From positions 1-57,773 of the forward strand of contig JAAYOS010000032.1 in NCBI GenBank assembly GCA_012520195.1: a stretch of DNA of 57,773 nucleotides, given 5' to 3'. The first letter of the stretch is position 1. Each line of letters begins with the position of its first letter. Position numbers and translations under genes: made by a program. The notes under the pieces were generated by a model. That model saw only the letters and a program-made list of their open reading frames with translations. It made no database searches and was not told the DNA's origin. This stretch comes from Clostridiales bacterium. Lineage in GTDB: Bacteria; Bacillota; Clostridia; Oscillospirales; JAAYOS01. Positions 28,859-40,432 of the stretch are shown in pieces.

Positions 28859-30211
28859 CTAAATGTCTAGTTTGAGCTGATTGGGTGCAGCACTATCGAC
28901 ATCCTCTGTAGTTTTGATCTGGTCAATAGATGAGTTATGTTCAGAAGTATCTTCGGTAATTCTGTCAGCTATCCGATTTTCAAGACTGTAAGTCGGATCG
29001 ACCGAGGTTACAGTGCAAGAAAGCGACCCCTTACCAAGAAAAATGTTTAGTGACGTGCCTGTAGAGACATCATCTGCACTTTTGACAACCGCTCCCCTAT
29101 CATCTGTTGCAATAGCATAACCACGCCCGAGCACCTTTAGAGGGCTAATAGCATCCAGTGTTGATGCTAGCCTTCCGAAGCGCTCATTTCGCAGAGAAAG
29201 ATAACGCTGTGAAGCCGAAGCAAGCTCGCCCGAAACCTTATCTAGCTGCATGCGTCTGTCGTGGACATACTGCATTGGGGTCTGTAAAACTCTGCGCTCA
29301 GCCAACGCATTGAGACGCTGTCTCGAGACTCGCAGTGTTCTGTCAACAAGTGTTGCCATCCGTGCTTCAACATTCTTAAGTCTCACAAGAAGCTCGTCAA
29401 TATCCGGAACGACCAACTCCGCTGCATTTGAAGGGGTTGCGGCACGAAGGTCAGCAACAAAATCAGCAATCGTAAAGTCGGGTTCGTGGCCGACGGCGGA
29501 CACTACCGGGATAGCAGAGCGATAGATAGCCATGGCAACACGTTCATCGTTGAACGCCCATAGATCCTCTATAGAACCTCCTCCACGACCTGTAATAATC
29601 ACATCGCCCAGTTTGTAGAGATTTGCGTAGTCCAGCGCATCTGAAATCTCAGCCGGTGCCTCTTCTCCTTGTACACGTACCGGAAGCAGATTGACCTCAC
29701 TTATGGGGAATCGTTTTTTCAGAATGCGAATCATGTCGCGGACTGCAGCTCCTGCTGAGGATGTAATCAGACAGATGCGACGAGGATAGCGCGGTAGCGG
29801 TCTTTTCCTATCTTCGCTGAAGTAGCCCTTGGCCTCCAGCTTCTTCTTAAGCTGTTCAAATGCAATGTACAGGGCACCGACTCCGTCTGCAATCATTTCC
29901 TTTGCATAGAGCTGGTACTGCCCGTCTCTGGGATAGACCGTGATTCTTCCCCGTACAATAACCTTCATTCCGTTTTCCGGTCTAAATACAAGTCTTTGAG
30001 CGTCACTTCGGAACATCACAGATTTCAGGACGCCACCCTCATCCTTTAGTGTAAAGTAATGATGGCCGGAAGGATAGGTCTTATAATTTGAGATTTCACC
30101 CTTGATATATATGTCAAATAAAGCTCTGTCTGAGTCCAGCACCTGCTTTATGTACATGTTAACGTCGCTTACTGTATATATTCTATTCTCATTCAACCTT
30201 ATCCACTCCAT
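28859..30211 (-). CDS. xseA: Exodeoxyribonuclease VII large subunit
   Basis: The OB-fold N-terminus reads YTVSDVNMYIKQVLD...IKGEISNYK, and the catalytic region shows GRGGGSIEDLWAFNDE. The start was placed at MEWIRL (30211); 30217 is also possible. The longer ORF overlaps the upstream gene. Confidence 0.9.
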   Translation of the reverse strand: MEWIRLNENRIYTVSDVNMYIKQVLDSDRALFDIYIKGEISNYKTYPSGHHYFTLKDEGGVLKSVMFRSDAQRLVFRPENGMKVIVRGRITVYPRDGQYQLYAKEMIADGVGALYIAFEQLKKKLEAKGYFSEDRKRPLPRYPRRICLITSSAGAAVRDMIRILKKRFPISEVNLLPVRVQGEEAPAEISDALDYANLYKLGDVIITGRGGGSIEDLWAFNDERVAMAIYRSAIPVVSAVGHEPDFTIADFVADLRAATPSNAAELVVPDIDELLVRLKNVEARMATLVDRTLRVSRQRLNALAERRVLQTPMQYVHDRRMQLDKVSGELASASQRYLSLRNERFGRLASTLDAISPLKVLGRGYAIATDDRGAVVKSADDVSTGTSLNIFLGKGSLSCTVTSVDPTYSLENRIADRITEDTSEHNSSIDQIKTTEDVDSAAPNQLKLDI

Positions 30212-31145
30212 TCCCATAAATCCGGCAGGCAAGAATCGCAACACCGGCCGCATTGTCAGTCGCATACTCCGGTTTTGCAAAAATCGCATCAAAACTGTCT
30301 TCCATTTCCTGTCGAATGATGGAGTTTGACATTACTCCCCCGACACAGAGAATAGGCATGTTTCGATAGATGTCAAGAGATGACCTAATTGCGTTATGAA
30401 GTACGGCTGATATAGATTTTATCACAAAATATGCGATATTTGAAGGCGACTCACCGTTTTCCATTAATTCATGAACCTTGTTTTCTAGCCCTGAAATTGA
30501 GAAATCGAGGCCTCTCTGCTTGGGTACAAAGTACTTCTCCACAGTCCGATCAAGGGCTAGTTTCTCAAGAGCCGGACCTGATGGGAAATCTAAACCCAGT
30601 TCTCGCCCGCATCGATCAATCAGCTGGCCGGCGGCCAGATCAGTTGTTCCTCCGATTCTCTTTGCTTTAAATAGGCCATTCTCGGTGGGATTTACAAGGA
30701 GGATTTCGGTGGTTCCACCTGAAACATGCAGTGCTATGAATGGTACATCGAGTAAGTCCAGTCGTCCAGCTGACCAGGCTCCTGCTGCTAAATGACCCTG
30801 CTGGTGAGAAAAGGCGAAGTAAGGGATTCCCAATGCTGTGGCCATAACGTTAGCGTGCGATACTCCTACCAGAAAGCATGGCATGTAGGATCCGTCAACC
30901 TCACGTGGTCTCTCGGATGCGGCACAAGCTGTCAGAGAAACCGGTCCGGCTTTTCTTATAAGTTCCTCAACCACTTCCGGAATTCGCTGAGTATGAATAA
31001 AGACTGCGTCACGTTGACGCAGCCCAATGGATCCATGTTCTACATCAAGCAGCCTGCGATGTGTGAATACTACATTCCTAACATCGTCGTAAATTGCAGC
31101 AGAGGTGGTGTAGTTGGATGTGTCAAAGCCAAGAAAAAATCCCAT
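30189..31145 (-). CDS. Kae1/TsaD-like (peptidase M22 / ASKHA fold) protein
   Basis: GFDTSNYTTS and the metal motif SHQQGHLAAG (H-x3-H), then VSGGTTE and CVGGVMSN. The ATG at 31145 follows a strong GGAGGAG SD, 1 nt after the nusB stop. Confidence 0.7.
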   Translation of the reverse strand: MGFFLGFDTSNYTTSAAIYDDVRNVVFTHRRLLDVEHGSIGLRQRDAVFIHTQRIPEVVEELIRKAGPVSLTACAASERPREVDGSYMPCFLVGVSHANVMATALGIPYFAFSHQQGHLAAGAWSAGRLDLLDVPFIALHVSGGTTEILLVNPTENGLFKAKRIGGTTDLAAGQLIDRCGRELGLDFPSGPALEKLALDRTVEKYFVPKQRGLDFSISGLENKVHELMENGESPSNIAYFVIKSISAVLHNAIRSSLDIYRNMPILCVGGVMSNSIIRQEMEDSFDAIFAKPEYATDNAAGVAILACRIYGNGVDKVE

Positions 31146-31146
31146 A

Positions 31147-31596
31147 CTAAATCTCCTCCGCTCTGAAAAAGGCACCTAATACCCCGTTTACAAAGGAGGC
31201 CGTCTCGTCAGAATCATATTTTTTTGTAAGCTCTACCGCCTCGTTTATTGAAGAACCCGGGGGGATTTCATCTCGTAAATATATGAGTTCAAAAACACAT
31301 AACCGTAAAACCGAAACGGCAATACAGGAGACTCTCTCTCTCTTCCAACTGATCAAGTATCTGTCGATATGACCATCAAGTTCAGTAAGATGTGAGCGGA
31401 CTCCACGTACAACTCTAAGAATGTAATCCAACTGTATATCATTAGGATATGATTCGAAGGCGTCATCCTCATCTGAGATCAATGAAAAAGCTTCTCTTGA
31501 TACGCGCCATTCAAGGGCTTCATCTTCGGCCTCAGAATGGAATTCCAACTCATATATGAGTTTTAATGCTATTTCTCTGGCAACCTTTCTGTTCAT
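31147..31596 (-). CDS. nusB: Transcription antitermination factor NusB
   Basis: MNRKVAREIALKLIYELEF begins the protein. The C-terminus reads INEAVELTKKYDSDETASFVNGVLG. The start was trimmed to the ATG at 31596. Confidence 0.9.
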   Translation of the reverse strand: MNRKVAREIALKLIYELEFHSEAEDEALEWRVSREAFSLISDEDDAFESYPNDIQLDYILRVVRGVRSHLTELDGHIDRYLISWKRERVSCIAVSVLRLCVFELIYLRDEIPPGSSINEAVELTKKYDSDETASFVNGVLGAFFRAEEI

Positions 31597-31681
31597 ACGT
31601 TTCCATCCCGTATAGTTTACTCTTTTGGACACAACAATAGAAGCCGTCTGCCAATCTGTCAAACAGCTTCTCTGTTCAGAC

Positions 31682-32065
31682 TCAGTCTTCTTTCGATTCC
31701 ACTTCGAAAGAAACACCGCCCACGTGGACATTAACAGACTCCACGTCCAGACCAGTCATTGACTCTATTGCAGAGACAATAGCATCCTGAAGCCTGCCGG
31801 CGACCTCGGGGATCTTATAACCATATTTGACATTAACGTAGATGTCAACAATAACACTTTTGCCTATATTTTGAACCTTGACGCCCTTATTTAAACTCTT
31901 TTTACCTAGAAGCTCAGCCAGATCAACGGCGGTCGGTGCGTTCAGCCCTGCAACTCCTTCAACTTCTGACGCTGCAAGGGAAGCAATAGAGGCAATTACG
32001 TCCTCCGATATGTTGATGGTTCCGGAGTCCTCGTGGTTTGTATAGTAATCTCTGTTCTCAGACAT
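31682..32065 (-). CDS. Asp23/Gls24 family envelope stress (alkaline shock) protein
   Basis: GTINISEDVIASIASLAASEVEGVAG...V.V.V.VKYGYKIPEVAGRLQDAI is the typical Asp23 pattern. It follows spoIIIAH, as yqhY does in Bacillus. Confidence 0.85.
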   Translation of the reverse strand: MSENRDYYTNHEDSGTINISEDVIASIASLAASEVEGVAGLNAPTAVDLAELLGKKSLNKGVKVQNIGKSVIVDIYVNVKYGYKIPEVAGRLQDAIVSAIESMTGLDVESVNVHVGGVSFEVESKED

Positions 32066-32100
32066 GGAACAAACACTCCTCCTGTTTTAGATACAGGAAC

Positions 32101-32128
32101 AGTATACCACAAAATTCTAGAAAAACAA
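32101..32128 (-). promoter_or_regulatory. Candidate extended -10 promoter for asp23-nusB (TTGTTT-16-TGgTATACT)
   Basis: Read on the reverse strand between the spoIIIAH stop and the asp23 start. Confidence 0.35.
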
Positions 32129-32172
32129 ATCCTTTCTTGCCCAATCGGGATGTCGGGGCAATAGCTGTACAG

Positions 32173-32787
32173 TTATTGCGCCACTTCGATAATGTTTATT
32201 TTCTCGGTAGAAAACCCAGTTTCACTTACTACAATCTCTTTTATCTTGCTCACATCTTCAGCCTGAAGTACACCTCCTGAAGCTGTCGCAACCACAATGT
32301 CAATGCTTTCGTTATCCCCTATAAATGCAACACAATCGCGAAATCCCTTAGCAATTACGAGGTTTTCAATCTGTGCCTCTGTAATTGCGTTGCTTGCTAG
32401 TACGCTGAGCGCAGTCGCCGACTCATCCCTTTTCTCCTGGGATAGAGTTTCATTATCCGATGATTCACGTAGGATCTCCAATGAGCTGTCCCTCGCCATC
32501 TGCCTGTTTAGTCTGGCCATCGCAAAATAGTCGGACTCCACTGAGGCTTGCGAAAGTGCATCACTGCCATCTATAGGCGACTCCCTTATTACCTCATCAT
32601 CTTCCTCCGATTCATTTTCATCGACATCATTTTGTACTACGATATTATCCAGTCCAGTATAAATATCATCATCGCCATCTACTGCCGCTTCCCCTCTGCC
32701 ATATGACCAATTAAGATATACCGCTACACACACGAACAGGATAACTGTCGCTAAGACAGCATTCCTTTTCCAAGCTTTCACTTTCAA
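32173..32787 (-). CDS. spoIIIAH: Stage III sporulation protein AH
   Basis: It is the last gene of the 8-gene spoIIIA cluster. It has an N-terminal TM, an acidic linker, and a C-terminal YscJ/FliF-like domain (RDCVAFI..IDIVV). Confidence 0.75.
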   Translation of the reverse strand: MKVKAWKRNAVLATVILFVCVAVYLNWSYGRGEAAVDGDDDIYTGLDNIVVQNDVDENESEEDDEVIRESPIDGSDALSQASVESDYFAMARLNRQMARDSSLEILRESSDNETLSQEKRDESATALSVLASNAITEAQIENLVIAKGFRDCVAFIGDNESIDIVVATASGGVLQAEDVSKIKEIVVSETGFSTEKINIIEVAQ

Positions 32788-32809
32788 AATAACACGTCCC
32801 TTCCTCAGC

Positions 32810-33334
32810 TTATGGGCTTTTTCTGCTCAATACAGTAATTTTATCGCTTGGGAGACCGGTCAGCGCCTTCATGGCATTTATCACTTTCAGCTTAACTGTA
32901 GGACTATCTGCCCGCTCACAGATAACAAGAGCACCTCTGTACTCCGGGTAAAATCTTTTTTGCACGATTGCCTGTTCACTACCCGATCCAGATGATATGA
33001 CAACGGTTTCGGATGAAACGCTGCTTTCTGTATTGTCCTGAGAAACAGAGGACTGACTTGTGACATCGCTTTGATACACAGTTTCAATCGATGACTTAAG
33101 TGTAAGTACCACCTCCGTTTTTCCAACGCCTGCTGCCTCTGAGAGAGCTTTAGCAATACGCTTCTCTTCATCAGAAAGAGAGAATACCTCCTGGACCGGC
33201 GTCGCCTGCACCTCCTTTTCACGTTCGGATATGCCGGGAATGAGAAGGAGTAATATACCGGCAGCAATAATGATAATTAAATACTTATATCGCTCTACGA
33301 TCTTCATAACATCCTTCAGAAAGTCAATCTTCAT
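32810..33334 (-). CDS. spoIIIAG: Stage III sporulation protein AG
   Basis: It occupies position 7 of the operon. An N-terminal TM (YLIIIIAAGILLLL) is followed by a C-terminal ring-forming region (YPEYRGALVICERAD). The start was set at MKIDFL. Confidence 0.75.
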   Translation of the reverse strand: MKIDFLKDVMKIVERYKYLIIIIAAGILLLLIPGISEREKEVQATPVQEVFSLSDEEKRIAKALSEAAGVGKTEVVLTLKSSIETVYQSDVTSQSSVSQDNTESSVSSETVVISSGSGSEQAIVQKRFYPEYRGALVICERADSPTVKLKVINAMKALTGLPSDKITVLSRKSP

Positions 33335-33818
33335 TTTCTGCCGATCTCCATTCCTGTTTTTCCTCGGGAACTCCAAGTTCTGAGGAAACTATGTATGAAA
33401 GCTGCTCAATCAACTCTGAATCACATTCTTCCATGACATAGAACACTATCTTATCCGGGTAGGGATATCCGTCTTCACGTTTCTTTGCTGACACCTCAAC
33501 ATCACATTTAACACCTAGCAGTTCTGCCTTTTGCAATATATATGTCCGCGTTTTGTCTTCTATGATTGTTTTGATCATTGAAGAGTTCTGAAAAATAAGC
33601 TTTTCCTCATATTTCTCATAATCCGCACGGTACTGCATGCTGTAGAATGCTAAATCGGACAGATCCATTTTCTTAAGAGGGTCTATTATGACGATGAACA
33701 GAATAAGCCCCCCCACCAGCCTAACTGATCTTTTTGGCGCCCCTTTAGGTGTGATTGCGATAACAGCCGACACTAAGATCGAAGCCGCTGTTATGCCGAT
33801 AATCCAATCCTTAATCAT
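33324..33818 (-). CDS. spoIIIAF: Stage III sporulation protein AF
   Basis: Position 6 of the operon. Two N-terminal TMs precede a soluble C-terminal domain. The N-terminus MIKDWIIGITAASIL resembles SpoIIIAF. Confidence 0.75.
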   Translation of the reverse strand: MIKDWIIGITAASILVSAVIAITPKGAPKRSVRLVGGLILFIVIIDPLKKMDLSDLAFYSMQYRADYEKYEEKLIFQNSSMIKTIIEDKTRTYILQKAELLGVKCDVEVSAKKREDGYPYPDKIVFYVMEECDSELIEQLSYIVSSELGVPEEKQEWRSAENED

Positions 33819-33884
33819 CTATACGATCACCCTTACGTTATACTTCCCTATCCCTTTTGGCATCTGAAATTCAGCATCTCATAT

Positions 33885-35021
33885 CTATTGTCCAACTACT
33901 GATATGACCGATACGATAGAAATTATGTTAATGATTACGCATGCGCCCAACATCCCCATGATAATGCCAAACGCACCTGCAAGTGAGTCAATAAGATCGG
34001 AAAGGCGTTTTTCACAGAAAGATGACGATGCTATCGCTATCAGCTTAAAGAGTAGATAGTGTATTCCCAACCTTAGAAAGGGAGTTACACAAATTGCAAA
34101 AACTCCAATCATCCCGAAGACTCCTAAAGAGTTTCTCAAAACCCTTGTACTAGCAAGAATGGTATCCGATGCGTCAGCGAGCATCTTTCCTACGACGGGT
34201 ATGGCGTTTGAGAGGATCATCTTCGTCGCCTTTAGTGTCGCAGCATCGGTAGTTCCTGCGATTATCCCTGTAACTGCCAGATATGTAGAAAATGCTGTCA
34301 CAATTAGGCCGAGAGTCGTGATGCACGACCACTTCAGAAATGAGGAGAGCTTACCGAGCATGTTATCTCCAAGAGCTGCATTAGCTGTTACTGTTGCAAT
34401 ATATGTGTATAGTACCGGCATTATTAACCGGTTAACAACTGTTATCAATATATCCATGAAGAGTGCTGTTGCCATATACTTTGCAGCTGCAGATGCAGGC
34501 TGGCCAAGAGCTGAAGAGGCTGCAGCTAATGTGGCAAGTAGTGCTTTTGAGAAGGTATCCAGTCCTTCGATGAGGCTCTTTCCAAGTCCGATAAAACTTG
34601 TCAGTTCAGAGGAAACAGTTAGAGAGAGAGCCAATGCACCGACCATAGTTACATAGTTTGGAACAGCGGATGAGCCTGCCTCGTATAACGATTGGGCTAT
34701 ACCACAGCAGAGTATAATAAGCAATACTGACACAGCTGAACGAGCTGCACTCTTAAGGATTCCTCCCGCCTGCCTGCTTCCTTTGTCAAGTATAGAATTT
34801 ACGCCTCTCTCAAAGGAAACACCTTTCTGGATGGAATATTCCTTGAGTATACTCCTAGCGTCTGGAGGAAGAGAGCGTGTAAGTTCATCAGTTTCTAGCA
34901 CCTCAGCCTGGGTACTGTATATGTCAACAGCTTTACAGTCCACAGGAGAAGCCATGAAAATTACAATAATAAGAAATGCAACCTGTATATGAAAATGTTT
35001 TCTAAATATCCCCCTACGCAT
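33885..35021 (-). CDS. spoIIIAE: Stage III sporulation protein AE
   Basis: 378 aa with a signal peptide and about 7 TM segments, at position 5 of the operon. This is the typical SpoIIIAE architecture. Confidence 0.8.
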   Translation of the reverse strand: MRRGIFRKHFHIQVAFLIIVIFMASPVDCKAVDIYSTQAEVLETDELTRSLPPDARSILKEYSIQKGVSFERGVNSILDKGSRQAGGILKSAARSAVSVLLIILCCGIAQSLYEAGSSAVPNYVTMVGALALSLTVSSELTSFIGLGKSLIEGLDTFSKALLATLAAASSALGQPASAAAKYMATALFMDILITVVNRLIMPVLYTYIATVTANAALGDNMLGKLSSFLKWSCITTLGLIVTAFSTYLAVTGIIAGTTDAATLKATKMILSNAIPVVGKMLADASDTILASTRVLRNSLGVFGMIGVFAICVTPFLRLGIHYLLFKLIAIASSSFCEKRLSDLIDSLAGAFGIIMGMLGACVIINIISIVSVISVVGQ

Positions 35022-35082
35022 ATAATTACTTCTCTTACCCTTTCCCGAGTTTCCCCAATATAGGGATTACTTCCATAGAGTT

Positions 35083-35475
35083 TTACATCCTCAAATATGA
35101 ACTGATCAGATTAAAAACAGCAGACAGCAACGGCAATGACACATATAGCGCAGCTACTGCGCCTGCCACCTCGATATATACACCGAAGGCTTTTTCCTTA
35201 GCATCCTCACATGCCTCGGATGTCACCCTTGTTATGATTGCGATACCCAGTGTCTTGTACAGTGGTGACATTACTGAGGGGGATAACTCCGCAGTTCTTG
35301 CGAGGTCATCAAGAAATGTTTTTACTGGCCGCAGAAGTGACAATGTGAAGAATAGGATTACAGCCGCGCAGGCAAGAGAGATAAGCAGTGTGCCCGCTGG
35401 ATACTCCTTCTTAACAGCGACTCCCATCACACATGCCAAAATCCCGATCGCAACAACTCTTAATATCTGTTCCAT
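35083..35475 (-). CDS. spoIIIAD: Stage III sporulation protein AD
   Basis: About 130-aa 4-TM protein. Its N-terminus MEQILRVVAIGILA is comparable with the B. subtilis SpoIIIAD N-terminus. The ATG at 35475 lies 9 nt after the spoIIIAC stop. Confidence 0.8.
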   Translation of the reverse strand: MEQILRVVAIGILACVMGVAVKKEYPAGTLLISLACAAVILFFTLSLLRPVKTFLDDLARTAELSPSVMSPLYKTLGIAIITRVTSEACEDAKEKAFGVYIEVAGAVAALYVSLPLLSAVFNLISSYLRM

Positions 35476-35483
35476 AGCGGTTC

Positions 35484-35678
35484 TCAAAAACCGAACAGTG
35501 ATTTTACCATGTCAAAGAGCTTCTTAATCTCCTGAAGAAGTATCATAAGTACAACAATGAGGCCCGCAAGGTTGGTCATCATAGCCTGTTCTTCCCGGCC
35601 CGACCGGATCAGCAACTGGTTGAGAACGGCTACAAGTATCCCGATTGCCGCTATTTTGAATATCAAGTCTACCTGCAT
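35484..35678 (-). CDS. spoIIIAC: Stage III sporulation protein AC
   Basis: 64-aa two-TM protein: MQVDLIFKIAAIGILVAVLNQLLIRSGREEQA.... This is the canonical SpoIIIAC pattern. Confidence 0.85.
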   Translation of the reverse strand: MQVDLIFKIAAIGILVAVLNQLLIRSGREEQAMMTNLAGLIVVLMILLQEIKKLFDMVKSLFGF

Positions 35679-35741
35679 TCGTTATTCCCTCACTTTTCAA
35701 CGTTTTATCTACGGTCTGAGACCCCTTTAATATGTATAGAT

Positions 35742-36263
35742 CTAGATGAGTATGATAACAACTCCCAAACCCAGTGCCATCCCAAGTGTCATATATACTC
35801 TTCCTGACCTCATCTTTTCCTGTTCTGCTGCATGCATAAACCGGTTAAGTCCATCTCTAACGGTTTTGATTGCCGAAATCTGTTCCTCGACTCCATACCC
35901 GCCCAGTACCATGGCAAGTTCCTTTACAAGATTTTTCTCCCTACTGCTGAGGATGTCCAGTTTATTATCGACAGAGCTGAGCCATATTTCCGAAAAATGC
36001 TGCGGACCCTTTTCATTCATCTCAGATAAAACATGGGTGATAAAGACTGTACAAATTGATTCTTCATTACCCAAAGAACTTGCGGCATTTAGCAGTGCTG
36101 ATCGAATCGGAGACAGCTTGCTGCTAATTTCAGACTCAAGTGTTTGGCAGACGCCAATCAAATCCTGAAGCAGAGCCACATGGTTCTTGAGTCTCTTATT
36201 TGCGAGTATGCCAATCATCGAACTCCCTAAAATAATGCATATTGCTCCAAATGTCTTAATCAT
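35742..36263 (-). CDS. spoIIIAB: Stage III sporulation protein AB
   Basis: About 173 aa with N- and C-terminal TMs flanking a helical GspF-like domain, at position 2 of the operon. The start is at MIKTFG and overlaps the spoIIIAA stop. Confidence 0.8.
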   Translation of the reverse strand: MIKTFGAICIILGSSMIGILANKRLKNHVALLQDLIGVCQTLESEISSKLSPIRSALLNAASSLGNEESICTVFITHVLSEMNEKGPQHFSEIWLSSVDNKLDILSSREKNLVKELAMVLGGYGVEEQISAIKTVRDGLNRFMHAAEQEKMRSGRVYMTLGMALGLGVVIILI

Positions 36264-37197
36264 CCCCACCGCACCTGCTTGCACTTTTCCAGTCGCTTAA
36301 CTTGCTTAGCTCATAGCTTCTTCTTCCATTCACTGTAGATATGCGCACTACACGATCAAACAGTCTTGAAACAGAACGGTAATAAACTCTCTGTGACAAA
36401 TCCTCAATGCTGTATGCGTGAGCTGTTGCGAGTAATGATACCCCACAATTGGCAGCTCGTTCCATTGCCTCCATGTCCTCTGGCGAAGTTATCTCGTCCA
36501 TCACAATTACTTGTGGTGACATCGACCTAAGAAGCATAAGCACAGCCTCCGGTTTACTACACCCTTCAAGAACATCTGTGCATCTTCCAATATCAAACCC
36601 TGGTATTCCGCCTACCATCCCTGAAAGCTCATTACGCTCATCGGCAACGGCCACTCTCCTTCCACCATCTGAAATCAACCTAACCAAATCTCTGAGAAGC
36701 GTCGTTTTGCCGACACCCGGAGGTGAAACTATGAGTAGATTTGGGAAAAAGGGCTCCCCTGCAAGTTCTTCATAGATCTCTTTTCCGATATCTTTAATCT
36801 CTCTGGCAATTCTAAGTGAAGCGGATGATAAATTTATGATCGATGACACTTCGCCATTCTTAACTACGGCACTGCCGCATACACCTATCCTGTTTCCGCC
36901 TTTTGCTGTTACATATCCGCGCTTAAGACTCTCGCCTGCAGTATGGACCGATCCGTCTGTCGCAATTTTTAGGAGTGCGTTTAGATCATCCGAAGTTATG
37001 GTAGTCGGTGGTGATGGTTCGTGTTCAAATTTGGAGCAGTTTATTGAAAATCTTCTCCCTATTCGAAGGCGAAACTCCTCTGCAGAATACTTTATTCTGT
37101 CTTCAACACCCAGTGCTGCTGACCGTAGGCGTTGAGGAAGAAGGTTTGCAGCACTGTGGTAACGCTCCCTCTGCTTGTACAAATCAACTACATCCAT
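36256..37197 (-). CDS. spoIIIAA: Stage III sporulation protein AA (secretion-type ATPase)
   Basis: Walker A is SPPGVGKTTLLRD and Walker B is VIVMDEI. It is the first gene of the cluster. Confidence 0.85.
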   Translation of the reverse strand: MDVVDLYKQRERYHSAANLLPQRLRSAALGVEDRIKYSAEEFRLRIGRRFSINCSKFEHEPSPPTTITSDDLNALLKIATDGSVHTAGESLKRGYVTAKGGNRIGVCGSAVVKNGEVSSIINLSSASLRIAREIKDIGKEIYEELAGEPFFPNLLIVSPPGVGKTTLLRDLVRLISDGGRRVAVADERNELSGMVGGIPGFDIGRCTDVLEGCSKPEAVLMLLRSMSPQVIVMDEITSPEDMEAMERAANCGVSLLATAHAYSIEDLSQRVYYRSVSRLFDRVVRISTVNGRRSYELSKLSDWKSASRCGGDD

Positions 37198-37234
37198 CTG
37201 CCTAAAGCCTCCTCCATCTGCCTAATGCCTCCTC
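37195..37234 (-). repeat. 20-bp tandem duplication (19/20 identical) spanning the SD and ATG of spoIIIAA
   Basis: The + strand reads CATCTGCCTAAAGCCTCCTC followed by CATCTGCCTAATGCCTCCTC. On the coding strand this is GAGGAGGCATTAGGCAGATG then GAGGAGGCTTTAGGCAGATG. Confidence 0.9.
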
Positions 37235-37360
37235 TCGGAGATAAACATCAACTACCCTGACCTTTTAGATCTCCGCCAAGCTCTGTATTTGAGAGTTCCT
37301 CTACCCTATCATATTGGGGACATCCTTCGATTATGACTTAAGAACGGAAAAGAGGACATG

Positions 37361-37390
37361 AAAAAGGACCCCGTTACTACAGGGTCCCTC
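37361..37390 (-). terminator. Intrinsic terminator after ligA
   Basis: On the reverse strand, GGGACCC-tgtagtaac-GGGGTCC is followed by TTTTT. Confidence 0.75.
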
Positions 37391-37402
37391 AGAGTCAGTT
37401 TA

Positions 37403-39385
<1,983 letters not shown>

Positions 39386-39497
39386 CTATATCACCGTTCC
39401 CTGTTTCATTTTCATATACGTACGAGATATTTTACATCAGTAAGCCTTAATTGTCCATAACCAGTACTGTCATGTCGTATCATACATCTTGATTGGA

Positions 39498-40250
39498 CTA
39501 ATCATACAAGTCAAAATCCCCATAGATCTCCATCGGAGATCTTCCGGTGTCTTCCAGATATGTGTATGTGTTTGGCACATTGCCTACAATGATAGTTTCT
39601 GCCACACTCACCTGTGATGTCACCTCAGAAGCTGCTCGCATACCGGGGAGTACAACACTGATATATACAGTTACCTCAACCAATATCTGATGCCGTGTCT
39701 GATTAATGCCAGCCGATGTAAATGCAGTTGCAAACTTTGTCTCTGCAGTAGCTATCGGCAGCAGTTTGACTGGTATTCTGGGACCGACTCCAGAAAGAAT
39801 CTCACCGTTTATTATGTTCCCAATTGGGATGTTGAGTACCGTAGTGTCTAACTGGTTGATTCTATCTAACACATTGTCTGTTATGTTGACTTTTAAAAGG
39901 TTTATTTTCCCGTAATTCGGCGTATAGGCAGTTATCAACCCGTCCGACGTCTTATGAAAGGTGATTAGATCCTCGAATTGGTTGTAATCCAGCTCAATCT
40001 GCTCGTTTATTGCATCATTTATAACCTTCCCTGCTAAATATGTAACTCGCGCGAGAGCTATCTGCTTAACAATTGGTCCGATCTTTAACTCAAAAAGAAC
40101 TAGAAAAGAGATAACCATGAGTGCCAAGACAATCAGAATAGTTGCAAATCTTCTGCTTCGGATCCGTTTTCTGTCTGTTGGACTCGTCCGCCTTCGACGT
40201 GCACGCCTTTTTGGTAGCCTCTTTGGCGGATATAACCACCTTCTCCGCAC
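39498..40250 (-). CDS. yunB: Sporulation protein YunB
   Basis: A basic N-terminus and one TM are followed by IGPIVKQIALARVTYLAGKVINDAI, IPIGNIINGEILSGVGPRIPVKL and GINQTRHQILVEV, which are YunB-like blocks. The GTG at 40250 lies 7 nt after GGAGG. The longer ORF has no SD. Confidence 0.7.
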   Translation of the reverse strand: MRRRWLYPPKRLPKRRARRRRTSPTDRKRIRSRRFATILIVLALMVISFLVLFELKIGPIVKQIALARVTYLAGKVINDAINEQIELDYNQFEDLITFHKTSDGLITAYTPNYGKINLLKVNITDNVLDRINQLDTTVLNIPIGNIINGEILSGVGPRIPVKLLPIATAETKFATAFTSAGINQTRHQILVEVTVYISVVLPGMRAASEVTSQVSVAETIIVGNVPNTYTYLEDTGRSPMEIYGDFDLYD

Positions 40251-40432
40251 CACAACCCCTCCGTTCACTCCGCAGAAGTAGCTCTGTACAAGTTCGCAAC
40301 ATCCCATACTATTATGATATGCGTGAACGTGTGGAAGTGTTCCAAGTTTACATAAATAAGGCAGGCCTACACAAAATATGTAGAGTTCTACGATGTTTCT
40401 TTCAAACTTCAACTTGAGAGAGGAGTAATACA

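Noticed and set aside
37235-37360. Sigma-E promoter for the spoIIIA operon
   Set aside because: A TCATAAT -35-like element is present on the reverse strand (about 37330). The downstream hexamer (ATATGATA) is a poor match to the CATACA-T -10 consensus, so I cannot support a call.
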